Positions 41,114 to 51,558 of a stretch of DNA of 64,000 bases are shown here, piece after piece. A model generated the notes under the pieces. That model was not told the DNA's origin and ran no database searches. It was given only the letters and a program-made list of their open reading frames with translations. This DNA is from Burkholderiales bacterium. GTDB taxonomy: Bacteria > Pseudomonadota > Gammaproteobacteria > Burkholderiales > SG8-39. The translations under genes and the position numbers were made by a program. Positions within the stretch are counted from its first letter, which is position 1. Each line of letters starts with the position of its first letter. The stretch lies in the NCBI GenBank assembly GCA_035519135.1, contig DATIWX010000044.1, positions 39,270 to 103,269 on the forward strand, in the 5' to 3' direction.

Positions 41114-42865
41114 TTATTTCTTTTTCGCGGTGGGGTTCAGGCTCGTGATACGGCCGCTCTCGGTGCCGGCGGTCTCGTCGATCACGGCGTTGATGAGCGT
41201 CGGTTTCTTCGAGCGGATCGCGTCTTCGATCGCTTTCTTCAGCTCGGCCGGAGTGGTCGCGTTTACGCCCACGCCGCCGAAGGCCTCGATCAGCTTGTCG
41301 TAGCGCGCGCCCTTGACGAACACGGTGGGCGCCACGTCCGGGCCCCCGGTCGGATTGACGTCGGTGCCCTTGTAGACGCCGTTGTTGTTCATGACCACGA
41401 TGCACACCGGCAGGTTGTAGCGGCAGATGGTCTCGACTTCCATGCCCGAGAACCCGAAGGCGCTGTCGCCCTCGACCGCGATCACCTGCTGCTTGGTCAC
41501 CACCGCGGCGGCGACACAATAGCCCATGCCGATTCCCATGATGCCCCAGGTGCCAACGTCGATCCGCTTCCTCGGCTTGTACATGTCGACAATGCTGCGC
41601 GTGAAGTCGAGCGCGTTGGCGCCCTCGTTGACGAACATCGCATCCGGGTTGGCCTTGACGATGTCGCGCACCGCGTTCAGCGCGCTGTGGAAACTCATCG
41701 GCGAAGGGTTCTTCGCCAGCGTCTCGGCCATCTTGGCGACGTTCTTGGTCTTGCGCTCGTCGATGGCGTTCAGCCAGTCGGCGGATGGCTTGGGCCAGCT
41801 CGAGCCGATGCCGGACAGCAGCGCCGACACGCACGAGCCGATATCGCCCACCACCGGCGCGTCGATGCGCACGTTGCTGTCCGCCTCCTGCGGCGAGATG
41901 TCGACCTGGATGAACCTCTGGCCGCCCCAGTCCTTATGTCCCTTGCCGCCCCAGGTCTTGCCCTTGCCGTGCGACAGCAGCCAGTTCAGGCGCGCGCCGA
42001 TCAGCATCACCACGTCCGCCTCGGGGAGCACGAAGGAGCGGGCTGCCGACGCGCACTGCTCGTGCGTATCGGGCAGCAGGCCCTTCGCCATCGACATCGG
42101 CAGATAGGGAATTCCCGTCTTTTCAACCAGAGATCTGATTTCCGCGTCGGCCTGGGCATACGCCGCACCCTTGCCGAGAATGATCAGGGGCTTCTTCGCG
42201 CCTTTCAGCAGTTCGAGCGCGCGCTTCACGGCTTCCGGAGCCGGAATCTGGCGCGGCGCAGGGTCCACGACCTTGATCAGCGAATTCTTCCCGGCGGCGG
42301 CGTCGATGCTCTGTGCAAAAAGCTTGGCCGGCAGGTCAAGGTACACGCCGCCCGGACGACCCGACACGGCGGCGCGGATGGCGCGCGCGAGGCCCACGCC
42401 GATGTCCTCGGCGTGCAGCACGCGATAGGCGGCCTTGGCGACCGGCTTGGCGATCGCGAGCTGGTCCATCTCCTCGTAGTCGCCCTGCTGCAGGTCGACG
42501 ATCTCGCGCTCGCGCGAGCCGCTGATCAGGATCATCGGGAAGCAGTTGACCGTCGCGTGCGCGAGCGCGTTGAGGCCGTTGAGGAAGCCGGGCGCGGACA
42601 CGGTCAGGCAGATGCCGGGCTTCTGCGTCAGGAATCCGGCGATCGAGGCGGCATAACCCGCGCTCTGCTCGTGGCGGAAGGAAAGCACGCGCAGGCCCGC
42701 GGCCTGTGCGCGGCGGGTGAGGTCGGTGATCGGAATGCCGGGCAGGCCGTAGATGGTATCGAGGCCGTTCAGCTTGAGGGCATCGATGACCAGCTGAAAG
42801 CCGTCGGTCACTTGCTGTGCTTGCGCATCGGGACCGGACGCGACTTGCGGCTCGACTGTTCCCAT
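41114..42865 (-). CDS. oxc: Oxalyl-CoA decarboxylase
   Basis: [51 protein letters not shown] 42865 after AAGGAG. Confidence 0.96.
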   Translation of the reverse strand: MGTVEPQVASGPDAQAQQVTDGFQLVIDALKLNGLDTIYGLPGIPITDLTRRAQAAGLRVLSFRHEQSAGYAASIAGFLTQKPGICLTVSAPGFLNGLNALAHATVNCFPMILISGSREREIVDLQQGDYEEMDQLAIAKPVAKAAYRVLHAEDIGVGLARAIRAAVSGRPGGVYLDLPAKLFAQSIDAAAGKNSLIKVVDPAPRQIPAPEAVKRALELLKGAKKPLIILGKGAAYAQADAEIRSLVEKTGIPYLPMSMAKGLLPDTHEQCASAARSFVLPEADVVMLIGARLNWLLSHGKGKTWGGKGHKDWGGQRFIQVDISPQEADSNVRIDAPVVGDIGSCVSALLSGIGSSWPKPSADWLNAIDERKTKNVAKMAETLAKNPSPMSFHSALNAVRDIVKANPDAMFVNEGANALDFTRSIVDMYKPRKRIDVGTWGIMGIGMGYCVAAAVVTKQQVIAVEGDSAFGFSGMEVETICRYNLPVCIVVMNNNGVYKGTDVNPTGGPDVAPTVFVKGARYDKLIEAFGGVGVNATTPAELKKAIEDAIRSKKPTLINAVIDETAGTESGRITSLNPTAKKK

Positions 42866-42953
42866 GATGGTCTCCTTACGTGCAGTGCCCGGCCAGATAG
42901 GCGCCGGGGATCGAATTGGACCCAAAGTCTAGGATTGTTAAGGCCTTTCCACC

Positions 42954-42967
42954 TTGACTGTAGTCAA
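42954..42967. promoter_or_regulatory. Crp/Fnr-type box upstream of oxc and the regulator
   Basis: TTGAC-TGTA-GTCAA; minus-strand TAGACT at 42931-42926. Confidence 0.8.
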
Positions 42968-43000
42968 TAAATCCCGCCTAATTGCCCGCTCACCCACCGC

Positions 43001-43621
43001 ATGCCGTCCTTGCCCGTGTCGGCCATCCTCAATCACCCGCAGCGCAACACGATCCGCCTGCAGCTCAAGCAGAACCTGATCCTGCGCGAAATGCCGGTGC
43101 CCGCCTGGGACGACCTCGAGCCGCAGCTGGAGGTCGCCGAGTACCGCAAGGGTGAGCCTCTGGTGAGGCAGGGCAGCACGAGCATGGAGCAGTTCTTCAT
43201 CCTGGACGGGATCCTCAAGCGCGTCGTCAGCAATCCCCAGGGCAAGGAGATGATCCTGCGCTTCGCGGCCGAAACCGACATGGACACGTCCTATGCCGCA
43301 TGGCGCATGAAGACCCCCATCCCCTACAGCATCGCGGCAGTCACGAAGGTGCGTGTTGCGCGCCTGTCCATGCCCCACTGGGTCGAGTTCCTCGAGCGCC
43401 ACGACGAAGTGAAACTCCGCTTCGAATACGAGGTGATGCGGCTCATGTCCGAAGTCATGGCGCACACCATCACGCTGCATCTGCTCGACGCCCCCGGGCG
43501 GCTCGCGCGCTTCATGCGCAAGCACCAGGACCTGCTCGGCCGCATTCCCAAGAAGGAACTGGCGTCCTATCTCAATCTCACGCCGGAGACCCTGTCGCGC
43601 CTACGGCAGCGCGTCGCTTAA
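43001..43621 (+). CDS. Crp/Fnr family transcriptional regulator
   Basis: cNMP-like beta-barrel; HTH ELASYLNLTPETLSR; no Cys residues, so no FNR-type Fe-S ligands. Confidence 0.92.
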   Translation: MPSLPVSAILNHPQRNTIRLQLKQNLILREMPVPAWDDLEPQLEVAEYRKGEPLVRQGSTSMEQFFILDGILKRVVSNPQGKEMILRFAAETDMDTSYAAWRMKTPIPYSIAAVTKVRVARLSMPHWVEFLERHDEVKLRFEYEVMRLMSEVMAHTITLHLLDAPGRLARFMRKHQDLLGRIPKKELASYLNLTPETLSRLRQRVA

Positions 43622-45135
43622 GCCGTCCGCTTCCCCTGCAGCGTGCGCAGCAGCGTCCTGATCAGAGGCCAGAAAAGCAGGAGCAGCGCGAGCGCGGTCA
43701 GGCCTCCAACGAGGCCGTTCGAGAAGAACACCATGAGATCGCCCTGCGAGCCCTTGATGGCGTTGCGGAAGTTCTCTTCCGCCCTGTCGCCCAGGACGAG
43801 CGCCAGCACCATGGGCGCCAGCGGATAGCCGAGCTTCTTGAAGGCGTAGCCGATCACGCCGAAGACGACCATCAGATAGACGTCGAACATCGAGTTGTGC
43901 ACGGTGTACGCGCCGATCGCGCAGATCACGATGATGACCGGCGCGATGATCGAAAACGGAATGCGCAGGATGGCGGCGAACAGCGGGACGCAGGTGAGCA
44001 CGACGATCAGCCCGGCAATATTCCCCAGATACATGCTGGCGATCAGGCCCCACACGAAATCCGGCTTCTCCACGAACAGCAGCGGCCCGGGCTGCAGGCC
44101 CCAGATGAGGAGGCCGCCGAGCAGCACCGCGGCGGTGGGCGAACCCGGCACGCCGAGCGTGATCATCGGCAGCAGCGCCGACGTCCCGGCGGCGTGCGCG
44201 GCAGTCTCCGGCGCCACCACGCCCTCGACCTTGCCGTTGCCGAAATCCCGCCCGTCCTTGGAGAGGCGCCGCGCGAGGCCGTAGCTCATGAACGACGCAG
44301 GCGTCGCCCCGCCCGGCACGATCCCCATGAAGCACCCTACCGCGGAGCTGCGCAAGGAAGTCGCCCAGTAACGCGGCAATTCTTTCCAGGTTTCCAATAC
44401 GACTTTCATGTTGATCTTGGCGTTCGCTCCCTTGAACGCCAGGCCTTCTTCCAGTGTCTCCAGAATCTCGCCGATGCCGAACAGGCCGATGACCGCGATC
44501 AGGAAATCGAACCCCTTGAGCAGCGAAGTAAAGCCGAAGGTGAGGCGCAACGTTCCGGTGACGCTGTCCAGGCCGACCGCCGCGAGGGCGAACCCTATCA
44601 TCATCGACGCGACGGTCTTCGCCGCGTTGCCGCCGCTCATCCCGACGAAGGCGCAGAAGGTGAGCAGATAGACCGCGAAGAACTCCGGCGGACCGAATTT
44701 CAGGGCGAATCCCGCAACGACTGGCGAGAGGAAGGTGATCATGATCACCGCGATCAGCGCCCCGACGAATGAGGAAGTGAACGCCGCGGTCAGGGCGCTG
44801 CCCGCTCGCCCCTGCTGGGCGAGCGGATGCCCGTCGAACGTGGTTGCCACCGACCAGGGCTCACCGGGGATATTGAAGAGAATCGAGGTGATGGCCCCGC
44901 CGAAAAGCGCACCCCAGTAGATGCAGGAGAGCAGGATGATCGCCGAGGTAGTGCCTCCGGGCTGCTGAGCCATCGAGAAAGTGAGCGGCAGCAGGATGGC
45001 AACACCGTTTGCGCCGCCCAGCCCGGGAAGCACGCCGATGATGATTCCCAGGATCACTCCGACGAACATCAGCACCAGGTTCAGCGGCGACAAAGCGACG
45101 CCGAACCCCCCCAGCAATGCATTGATTTCTTCCAC
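43618..45135 (-). CDS. Tripartite tricarboxylate transporter large permease (TctA family)
   Basis: GVLPGLG, ILFNIPGE, GVVAPETA, LGVPGS, WGLQPGP. Confidence 0.93.
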   Translation of the reverse strand: MEEINALLGGFGVALSPLNLVLMFVGVILGIIIGVLPGLGGANGVAILLPLTFSMAQQPGGTTSAIILLSCIYWGALFGGAITSILFNIPGEPWSVATTFDGHPLAQQGRAGSALTAAFTSSFVGALIAVIMITFLSPVVAGFALKFGPPEFFAVYLLTFCAFVGMSGGNAAKTVASMMIGFALAAVGLDSVTGTLRLTFGFTSLLKGFDFLIAVIGLFGIGEILETLEEGLAFKGANAKINMKVVLETWKELPRYWATSLRSSAVGCFMGIVPGGATPASFMSYGLARRLSKDGRDFGNGKVEGVVAPETAAHAAGTSALLPMITLGVPGSPTAAVLLGGLLIWGLQPGPLLFVEKPDFVWGLIASMYLGNIAGLIVVLTCVPLFAAILRIPFSIIAPVIIVICAIGAYTVHNSMFDVYLMVVFGVIGYAFKKLGYPLAPMVLALVLGDRAEENFRNAIKGSQGDLMVFFSNGLVGGLTALALLLLFWPLIRTLLRTLQGKRTA

Positions 45136-45181
45136 CCGATCTCCTATGCGCGGCGCGGCCCGCCCGCTCGCCCGTTCGCGT

Positions 45182-45685
45182 TCAACCCAAGCCCAGGGCT
45201 GCCTCCAGCGGCCCCTTGGGCAGGGGCACCTGGAACCACACCTCGAAGATCAGAAAGAAAACGACGCTCACGCCCACCGCGACCGGGACGATCTTGACCC
45301 AGGGGTACTTGCCCAGCTGCCACATGAAGTAGGCGATATACAGGGTCGACGCCAGGTAGAAGCCCAGATAGGCGATCAGGGAGACGTAGACGACGGTCGG
45401 AACGAGAACCGTGAGGATCTTTTTCAGCTCCTCGCGCGACACAAACGACTCGTCCGAAAGCGCCGCATTGCGCCAGCCGCGCAGCAGGATAGTCACGGCC
45501 GAAGCGCAGATCAGCAGTCCCACATACAAGGGAAAATAGCCGGGCTGGGGTCCGTCGTCCCCCCACCTCGCACCCAGCCGGTAGCTGTCGATCACCACCA
45601 CCAGGCCGAAAAGGAGAATGGCGGCGGCAACACCGATTTCCACGGCGCGTACCGACGCCGCCGAACGATCCGTCCCGTTATCCAC
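45182..45685 (-). CDS. Tripartite tricarboxylate transporter small permease (TctB family)
   Basis: GPQPGYFP, hydrophobic segments, VPLPKG; GTG 45685 after GAGGAGG. Confidence 0.88.
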   Translation of the reverse strand: MDNGTDRSAASVRAVEIGVAAAILLFGLVVVIDSYRLGARWGDDGPQPGYFPLYVGLLICASAVTILLRGWRNAALSDESFVSREELKKILTVLVPTVVYVSLIAYLGFYLASTLYIAYFMWQLGKYPWVKIVPVAVGVSVVFFLIFEVWFQVPLPKGPLEAALGLG

Positions 45686-45720
45686 GCCACCCGCCTCCTC
45701 GATCCGCCCGCCGGGCCCTC

Positions 45721-45746
45721 GGCGCGCGGGGAGTGCCCCGCGCGCC
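45721..45746. other. GC-rich hairpin after the TctC-like gene (likely mRNA stabiliser)
   Basis: GGCGCGCGGGG-AGTG-CCCCGCGCGCC perfect 11-bp stem, no U-tract. Confidence 0.55.
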
Positions 45747-45755
45747 CGCAAAAGC

Positions 45756-46769
45756 TCACCTCGCGAGGAATCCTGCCTCTTTCATGAGCAGGATGTGCCG
45801 CGCTTCCTCGCGCGCAACCCACGCTTCGTATTCCTTGCCGTTCAGGGTCGTCTGGTTGAACGCGCCCTGCTCGAGAAAATCCTTCCACTCGGGCGTATCC
45901 CGCACCTTCTTCAGAAGGTCCACGAAGTACTGCACCTGTTCAGGGGTCACGCCGCCCGGCATGAAGATTCCGCGCAGCATGACGTACTCGACGTCGAGCC
46001 CCGTCTCCTTGCAGGTCGGGATGTCGTACCAGGACATCGTCTTCGTGACCTTGGTCTTGTAGGGCATGCGCTTGGAATCGAACACGCACAGCGGCCGCAG
46101 GGTCCCCGCCCTCCACTGCGCCACCGCCTCGATCGGATTGTTCACCGTGGAGTCGATGTGCTTGCCGACGAGCTGCACCGCCACCTCGCCGCCGCCCCGG
46201 TAGGAGATATAGGTGAACTTGGCGCCGGTCTGCCGCTCGATCGCGACCGTGATGATCTGGTCCTCCTGCTTGGAGCCGGTGCCGCCCATCTTGAACTTGC
46301 CGCCCCCTGCCGTGACCGCGGCCACGTACTCCTTCGGGGTCTTGTAGGGCGTCTCCGCGTTCACCCAGAGGACGAAATTGTCGAGCGCCATCATCTGCAC
46401 CGGCGTCAGGTCGCGCCAATTGAAAGGCGTGTGCGTCGCGAGCGGCGTGGTGAACAGGTTCGACAGGGTGATGATCAGCTTGTGCGGGTCGCCTTTCGAC
46501 TCCTTGACGTCGAGGAAACCCTCGGCGCCCGCGCCGCCGGCCTTGTTGATGACGACCATGGGTTGCTTCATCAGCTTGTGCTTGGCAACGATGCCCTGGA
46601 TGAAGCGCGCCATCTGGTCGGCGCCGCCTCCGGTCCCCGCGGGAATGATGAATTCCACGGTCTTGCTCGGCTCCCAGGCCGCGAGGGCCGATTGCGGAGA
46701 GCCGACGGCCGCAAAAACGGCCAGGAATGGGGTGCTCCAACGCGAAAACTGCTTGATGTCGAACCGCAT
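45756..46769 (-). CDS. Tripartite tricarboxylate transporter substrate-binding protein (TctC/Bug family)
   Basis: Signal peptide, IPAGTGGGAD..AR, NKAGGAG, YRGGG, PTCKE.G. Confidence 0.92.
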   Translation of the reverse strand: MRFDIKQFSRWSTPFLAVFAAVGSPQSALAAWEPSKTVEFIIPAGTGGGADQMARFIQGIVAKHKLMKQPMVVINKAGGAGAEGFLDVKESKGDPHKLIITLSNLFTTPLATHTPFNWRDLTPVQMMALDNFVLWVNAETPYKTPKEYVAAVTAGGGKFKMGGTGSKQEDQIITVAIERQTGAKFTYISYRGGGEVAVQLVGKHIDSTVNNPIEAVAQWRAGTLRPLCVFDSKRMPYKTKVTKTMSWYDIPTCKETGLDVEYVMLRGIFMPGGVTPEQVQYFVDLLKKVRDTPEWKDFLEQGAFNQTTLNGKEYEAWVAREEARHILLMKEAGFLAR

Positions 46770-46852
46770 GTCTTTTCCTCCTTTAGGACGACCTCGTGCT
46801 CCCCGACCTCCGTACCGCGCCGCCTATTATATTGCGCGGACCTGTTTGGACC

Positions 46853-46866
46853 TTGACTGGAATCAA
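46853..46866. promoter_or_regulatory. Crp/Fnr-type box upstream of TctC-like gene
   Basis: TTGAC-TGGA-ATCAA; minus-strand TATAAT at 46831-46826. Confidence 0.8.
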
Positions 46867-46889
46867 GCGAGTTTCCCTCGTCGACCCGT

Positions 46890-47588
46890 CTAGTCCTCCT
46901 TCTTTTCGGGCTTGGAGCGCCCGGCAAGCCATTTCCCAACGACGACCACCAGCGCCGCGCCTACCGCGGGCGCAACATAGTAGCTCTCCAGCCACGGCAG
47001 GTTCGCGTTGACCCAGGCTGAAATCGCCGGATCCGTCACCGCCATCTCTCCCGCGGTCCAGCCGAGAATGGCGGCGCCGAGCGTAATGATAACCGGCCAG
47101 CGCTCCATAAGCTTCATCAGCATGGTCGCGCCGTAGACGACGAGCGGAATGCTGATGATGAGGCCGAGCACGAGCAGCGTGATGCTGCCCTTGGCCGCCG
47201 CGGCAACGGCGATGACGTTGTCGGTGCTCATGACCAGGTCCGCGATCAGGATGGTCTTGATCGCACCGATGAGGTGCGAGCTCGATTGCACCTCGCCGTC
47301 CCCGTCTTCCTCGGGTATCAGCAGCTTCACCGCGATCCACAGCAGCGCCGCCCCTCCCGCGAGCTTGAGGTATGGGAACTCGAGCAGCTTCACCGCGACG
47401 ACCGTGAGGACGATGCGCAGCACCACCGCGGCCCCGGCGCCCCAGAATATCGCCTGCTTTTGCTGCCTCGGCGGCAGCGAGCGCGCCGCGAGGGCGATCA
47501 CCACGGCATTGTCGCCCGACAGGATGATGTTCACCCAGATGATCGTCCCCAGCCCCAGCCAGAACTGGGTCGTCAGCAGCTGCTCCAT
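46890..47588 (-). CDS. TerC/YjbE family membrane protein
   Basis: LSGDNAVVIALA, ADLVMSTDNVIAVA. Confidence 0.92.
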   Translation of the reverse strand: MEQLLTTQFWLGLGTIIWVNIILSGDNAVVIALAARSLPPRQQKQAIFWGAGAAVVLRIVLTVVAVKLLEFPYLKLAGGAALLWIAVKLLIPEEDGDGEVQSSSHLIGAIKTILIADLVMSTDNVIAVAAAAKGSITLLVLGLIISIPLVVYGATMLMKLMERWPVIITLGAAILGWTAGEMAVTDPAISAWVNANLPWLESYYVAPAVGAALVVVVGKWLAGRSKPEKKED

Positions 47589-47616
47589 TCAGGTCCCCCC
47601 TCTCGCCGGCGCGAAA

Positions 47617-49287
47617 TCAGAACAGGCCGACGACTTTTCCTTCCACCAGGTCGATCTTCACCGCCGAAGGCACCTTGGGCAGGCCGGGCATGGTCATGAT
47701 GTCGCCGCAGATCATCACGATGAACTCGGCGCCCGCCGCGAGGCGCACCTCGCGGACGTTGATCACGTGATCCACCGGGGCGGCCCGCAATTGAGGATCG
47801 GTCGAGAACGAGTACTGGGTCTTTGCGACGCACACCGGGTAGTGTCCGTAGCCCTCCTCTTGCAGCTTCTTGATCTGGTTGCGCACCTTGGCGTCCGCGG
47901 TGACTTCGGAGGCGCGGTAAATGCGCTGCGCGATCGCGCTGATCTTCTCCCATAGCGAATCGTTTTCGCCGTACACGAAATGGAAACTGTTCTTGGTTTC
48001 GCACAACCCCACGACGATACGCGCGAGCTCCGCCGCACCCTTGCCGCCGTCGCTCCAGTGGGTGGCAATCACCGCCGGGACGCCGAGCTTCGCCATTCTC
48101 GCCTTGATGAAGTCGTGCTCACGCGGCGTATCGTAGGTGAACCGGTTGATCGACACGACGCAGGGGATGCCGTAGTGCTTGCTCACGTTCTCCACGTGCC
48201 GCTCGAGGTTGACGATGCCCCGCTCCAGCGCGGCTATGTTCTCCTGATTCACCGTCTTCAGGTCCGCGCCTCCATGGTATTTCAGCGCCCGCACCGTGCC
48301 GACAATGACCGCCGCGCTCGGCTGCAGTCCGGATTTGCGGCACTTGATGTCGACGAACTTCTCGGCACCGAGGTCGGCGCCGAAGCCCGCTTCGGTCACC
48401 ACATAGTCGACGAGTTTCATCGCGGACTTCGTGGCGATCACGGAATTGCAGCCGTGCGCGATGTTGGCGAACGGACCGCCGTGAATGAAAGCCGGGTTGT
48501 TCTCGAGCGTCTGCACAAGATTCGGCTTGATCGCGTCCTTGAGCAGCACCGTCATGGCGCCGTGAGCCTGCAGGTCCCGCGCGAGCACCGGCTTCTGGTC
48601 GCGCGTGTAGGCGACGACGATCTTGCCGAGGCGTTCCTTCAGGTCCTCGAGCGAGTTCGACAGGCAGAAGATCGCCATGACTTCGGAGGCGACGACGATG
48701 TCGAATCCGTCCTGGCGCGGATAGCCGTTCCCCGGCCCGCCGAGGCTCACGGTGATGTCGCGCAGGGCGCGATCGTTCATGTCGACGACGCGCCTCCAGG
48801 CGATGCGGCGCACGTCGATCCCCAGCTCGTTTCCGTGATGGATGTGGTTGTCGAGCATCGCCGCGAGCAGGTTGTTCGCGAGCGCGATGGCGTTGAAGTC
48901 GCCGGTGAAATGCAGGTTGATGTCTTCCATCGGCACCACCTGGGCGTAGCCGCCCCCGGCAGCGCCCCCCTTCATGCCGAACACCGGCCCGAGCGAGGGT
49001 TCGCGCAGGCAGATCATCGCTTTCTTGCCGATGTGGTTGAGCGCGTCGCCAAGACCGACGGTCGTCGTGGTCTTGCCCTCGCCCGCCGGCGTGGGCGTCA
49101 TTGCCGTGACGAGAATGAGCTTTGCGTTCGGCCGTTGCTTCAGGCCGTCGAGATATTCGAGCGCCACCTTCGCCTTGTAGTGGCCGTAGGGCTCTAGGTG
49201 CTCCTCGGGAATGCCGAGCTTCGCCAGCGCGATCTTGGAGATGCGTTCGAGTCTGGCTTTCTGCGCGATTTCGATGTCGGAGGGCAT
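47617..49287 (-). CDS. fhs: Formate--tetrahydrofolate ligase
   Basis: [47 protein letters not shown]. Confidence 0.98.
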   Translation of the reverse strand: MPSDIEIAQKARLERISKIALAKLGIPEEHLEPYGHYKAKVALEYLDGLKQRPNAKLILVTAMTPTPAGEGKTTTTVGLGDALNHIGKKAMICLREPSLGPVFGMKGGAAGGGYAQVVPMEDINLHFTGDFNAIALANNLLAAMLDNHIHHGNELGIDVRRIAWRRVVDMNDRALRDITVSLGGPGNGYPRQDGFDIVVASEVMAIFCLSNSLEDLKERLGKIVVAYTRDQKPVLARDLQAHGAMTVLLKDAIKPNLVQTLENNPAFIHGGPFANIAHGCNSVIATKSAMKLVDYVVTEAGFGADLGAEKFVDIKCRKSGLQPSAAVIVGTVRALKYHGGADLKTVNQENIAALERGIVNLERHVENVSKHYGIPCVVSINRFTYDTPREHDFIKARMAKLGVPAVIATHWSDGGKGAAELARIVVGLCETKNSFHFVYGENDSLWEKISAIAQRIYRASEVTADAKVRNQIKKLQEEGYGHYPVCVAKTQYSFSTDPQLRAAPVDHVINVREVRLAAGAEFIVMICGDIMTMPGLPKVPSAVKIDLVEGKVVGLF

Positions 49288-49363
49288 CTGCTGCTCCTTT
49301 GGGCTTTCCGAAGCGTCTCTTATTGCGGACGAGCACTATACGGTGTGTGCATTTGCCCGGACA

Positions 49364-49377
49364 TTGACGGAGGTCAA
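49364..49377. promoter_or_regulatory. Crp/Fnr-type box upstream of fhs
   Basis: TTGAC-GGAG-GTCAA; minus-strand TATAGT at 49340-49335. Confidence 0.8.
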
Positions 49378-49390
49378 GAGCGGATACGTG

Positions 49391-50764
49391 TCACTGCTGT
49401 AGCCGGACCTCCCGGTCCCACTCGAGCGCCTTGAGATTGAAGCGCGCCTTTCCGTAGCCCGGCCGCAGAATCAGCGCGGAACGGTACTCATTCTCCGCAT
49501 CGTCGACTCGCCCGGCAAGATAGTACGCATATCCCAGATTGTTGCGCGCGCGGGCGTTCCACGGAGCCTCGTGCACGCTCGACTCCCACAGCGCGATTTC
49601 GCTGGCGTAGTCGAGCTGCCGCGCGACGCAGGACAACAGGCACAATCCGAGCAGCACTCCGAGCGCGGCGCGCACTGCGGCAGCCCGCGGCCGCGAGGAC
49701 GAGACCTGTGCGCTCAATCCGAGGAACAGTCCCCAGCCGGAGAGGTAGAGCTGGCGGTCATTGGCGACGTCCAGGCGCGGCACGATCGAATTGGTCGGCG
49801 CGAGCTGCAGGAAGAACCACAGTATGCCGAACGCAAGCCAGGGACGCGACCGCAAGCTGGCGACACCGAGCGCGAGCAGGGCCGCGAGCAGCGCCGCCTG
49901 CACGCCAAGCTGCACGTTCCATTCGGCAAGCGGCATCAGCGCGGGATCGATGTTGTAGCCGCGCAGCCCAATCAGCCGCGAAACCAGGTAGGCAATGCCG
50001 CCCACCTGGGTGAGCAGGTTCCCGCCGGCGTCCCGCTGCGTGAATCCGTAGCTGAGCAGCTCGAAATAGCGCGGGTGAAGCAGCGCCACGGCCGTGCCCG
50101 CGACCAGCACCGCCCAGTGCGCCCATTGCCGTCGCAGTACTTCCTTCCAGAACGGCTTCCAGCCGCGCCGGTCTCCTCTGCAGAGCTCGCACAGGAGCAG
50201 CGCCGCGGGCAGAGTCGCCGCGGTCTCGCGCGTCGCCAGCGCGAGCACGAACAGCAGCGTCGAGACCGCCCAGTGCCCGCGCCTGAGATACACGAGCAGC
50301 GCGCCGAGATAGAAGCTCGCCATCAGCGACGACGAGCGCCCGCTGATGTACGTCACTGCTTCCGTCTGCGCCGGGTGCAGCGCGAACAGCAGCGCGGCGA
50401 TCAGCGCCACGCCGCGCGACCGGTCCGATTCCCCTTCGCCGAACCAGCGCGCGCACAGTCTCGACCCGATGGCGTACAGCAGCACCGCGTTGAGCGCATG
50501 CGCCGCAATGTTGAACAGGTGAAAGCCGAATTCTCCCGGGCCGAGCGTCCAGTTGAGGACGTAGCTGGCCTTGAGCAGCGGCCGCACGCCTCCGCCGGCG
50601 CGATCGAGCAGCGCCTGCCAGGAATGCACCGTCGGATAGTTGACGATGACGTTGTAGTCGTCGAACTGGAACACGCCCGCGAACGACGGCAGATACGCGA
50701 TGAACGCGACGATCGCCAGCAACCATCCGTCGCGCCGGGCGCGGTCCGGCATTCCCGGAGTCAT
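49391..50764 (-). CDS. Second TMTC-like (GT-C) multi-TM protein with C-terminal TPR
   Basis: FQFDD...IV.Y, RPL, FHLFN, FALHPAQTEAVTYISGR, DRQLY, LWES, RARNNLG; ATGA-coupled to upstream peptidase. Confidence 0.78.
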   Translation of the reverse strand: MTPGMPDRARRDGWLLAIVAFIAYLPSFAGVFQFDDYNVIVNYPTVHSWQALLDRAGGGVRPLLKASYVLNWTLGPGEFGFHLFNIAAHALNAVLLYAIGSRLCARWFGEGESDRSRGVALIAALLFALHPAQTEAVTYISGRSSSLMASFYLGALLVYLRRGHWAVSTLLFVLALATRETAATLPAALLLCELCRGDRRGWKPFWKEVLRRQWAHWAVLVAGTAVALLHPRYFELLSYGFTQRDAGGNLLTQVGGIAYLVSRLIGLRGYNIDPALMPLAEWNVQLGVQAALLAALLALGVASLRSRPWLAFGILWFFLQLAPTNSIVPRLDVANDRQLYLSGWGLFLGLSAQVSSSRPRAAAVRAALGVLLGLCLLSCVARQLDYASEIALWESSVHEAPWNARARNNLGYAYYLAGRVDDAENEYRSALILRPGYGKARFNLKALEWDREVRLQQ

Positions 50765-51552
50765 TGCGCCCGGGCCGCGAATGCGCGATCGAGCAGGCCC
50801 ACCGCGTGCCACCAGCGGTTGCGGGCGTTGAGCATCACCACCAGCACGCGCACGCCGTCCCGCTCGGCGAGCGCAACCAGGCAGTTTCCGGCGAGGTCGG
50901 TGTGTCCGGTCTTCAGCCCGATCGCGCCGGGATAGCGACCGATGAGCGCATTGGTATTGTCGAATTCGAAGGAGCGCTTGCCGTCGGCGCTGCTCACCGC
51001 CGCGCGCGCCTTCTCCGCGAGCCGGAGGTACTCCGGATGCCGCATGACCTCTTCGGCCAGCCGCGCGAGATCGTGCGCGCTGGAGTACTGCAGCTTGTGG
51101 TCATGCCCGCAGGGATCGGCGAAGCGCGTATCCCGGAGGTCGAGCGCCAAGGCGCGACGGTTCATCAGCTCGACAAAATGCTGCGTGGTCCGCCCGAGGT
51201 CGTCTGCGAGCGCGCGGCAGGCGTCGTTCGCAGAGCGGATCACGGTCGCGGCGAGCAGGTCCCGGACGCGCCACTTTTCGCCGGGCCTGATCCCGAGGCG
51301 CGTTCCGGTCTCGGATGCGACGCCGTCGCTCACCGCGATCACGCGTTCGGGCTCTCCGCGTTCGAGCACCAGCAGGGCGGTCATCATCTTGGCGAGGCTC
51401 GCGGGCGGCAGGCGCTCGCCGGCCCTGCCCGCCCACAGCAGGCGCCCGTCGCGCTTGACCAGGTAGGCGTCCGCGACCTGCGGGTAGCGGTCTTCCTCGG
51501 CGTGCGCGCAGCCCGCCGCAAGCAGCGCGACGAGCGCGAGGCGACGCAGCAC
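50761..51552 (-). CDS. D-alanyl-D-alanine carboxypeptidase (S11)
   Basis: Signal peptide; SLAK (SxxK), SAN (SxN), KTG. Confidence 0.92.
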   Translation of the reverse strand: MLRRLALVALLAAGCAHAEEDRYPQVADAYLVKRDGRLLWAGRAGERLPPASLAKMMTALLVLERGEPERVIAVSDGVASETGTRLGIRPGEKWRVRDLLAATVIRSANDACRALADDLGRTTQHFVELMNRRALALDLRDTRFADPCGHDHKLQYSSAHDLARLAEEVMRHPEYLRLAEKARAAVSSADGKRSFEFDNTNALIGRYPGAIGLKTGHTDLAGNCLVALAERDGVRVLVVMLNARNRWWHAVGLLDRAFAARAQ

Positions 51553-51558
51553 GCCGGC

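Noticed and set aside
39872..42970. 1032-aa plus-strand ORF
   Set aside because: Antisense shadow of oxc/frc, expected from GC-rich codon bias; no recognisable motifs
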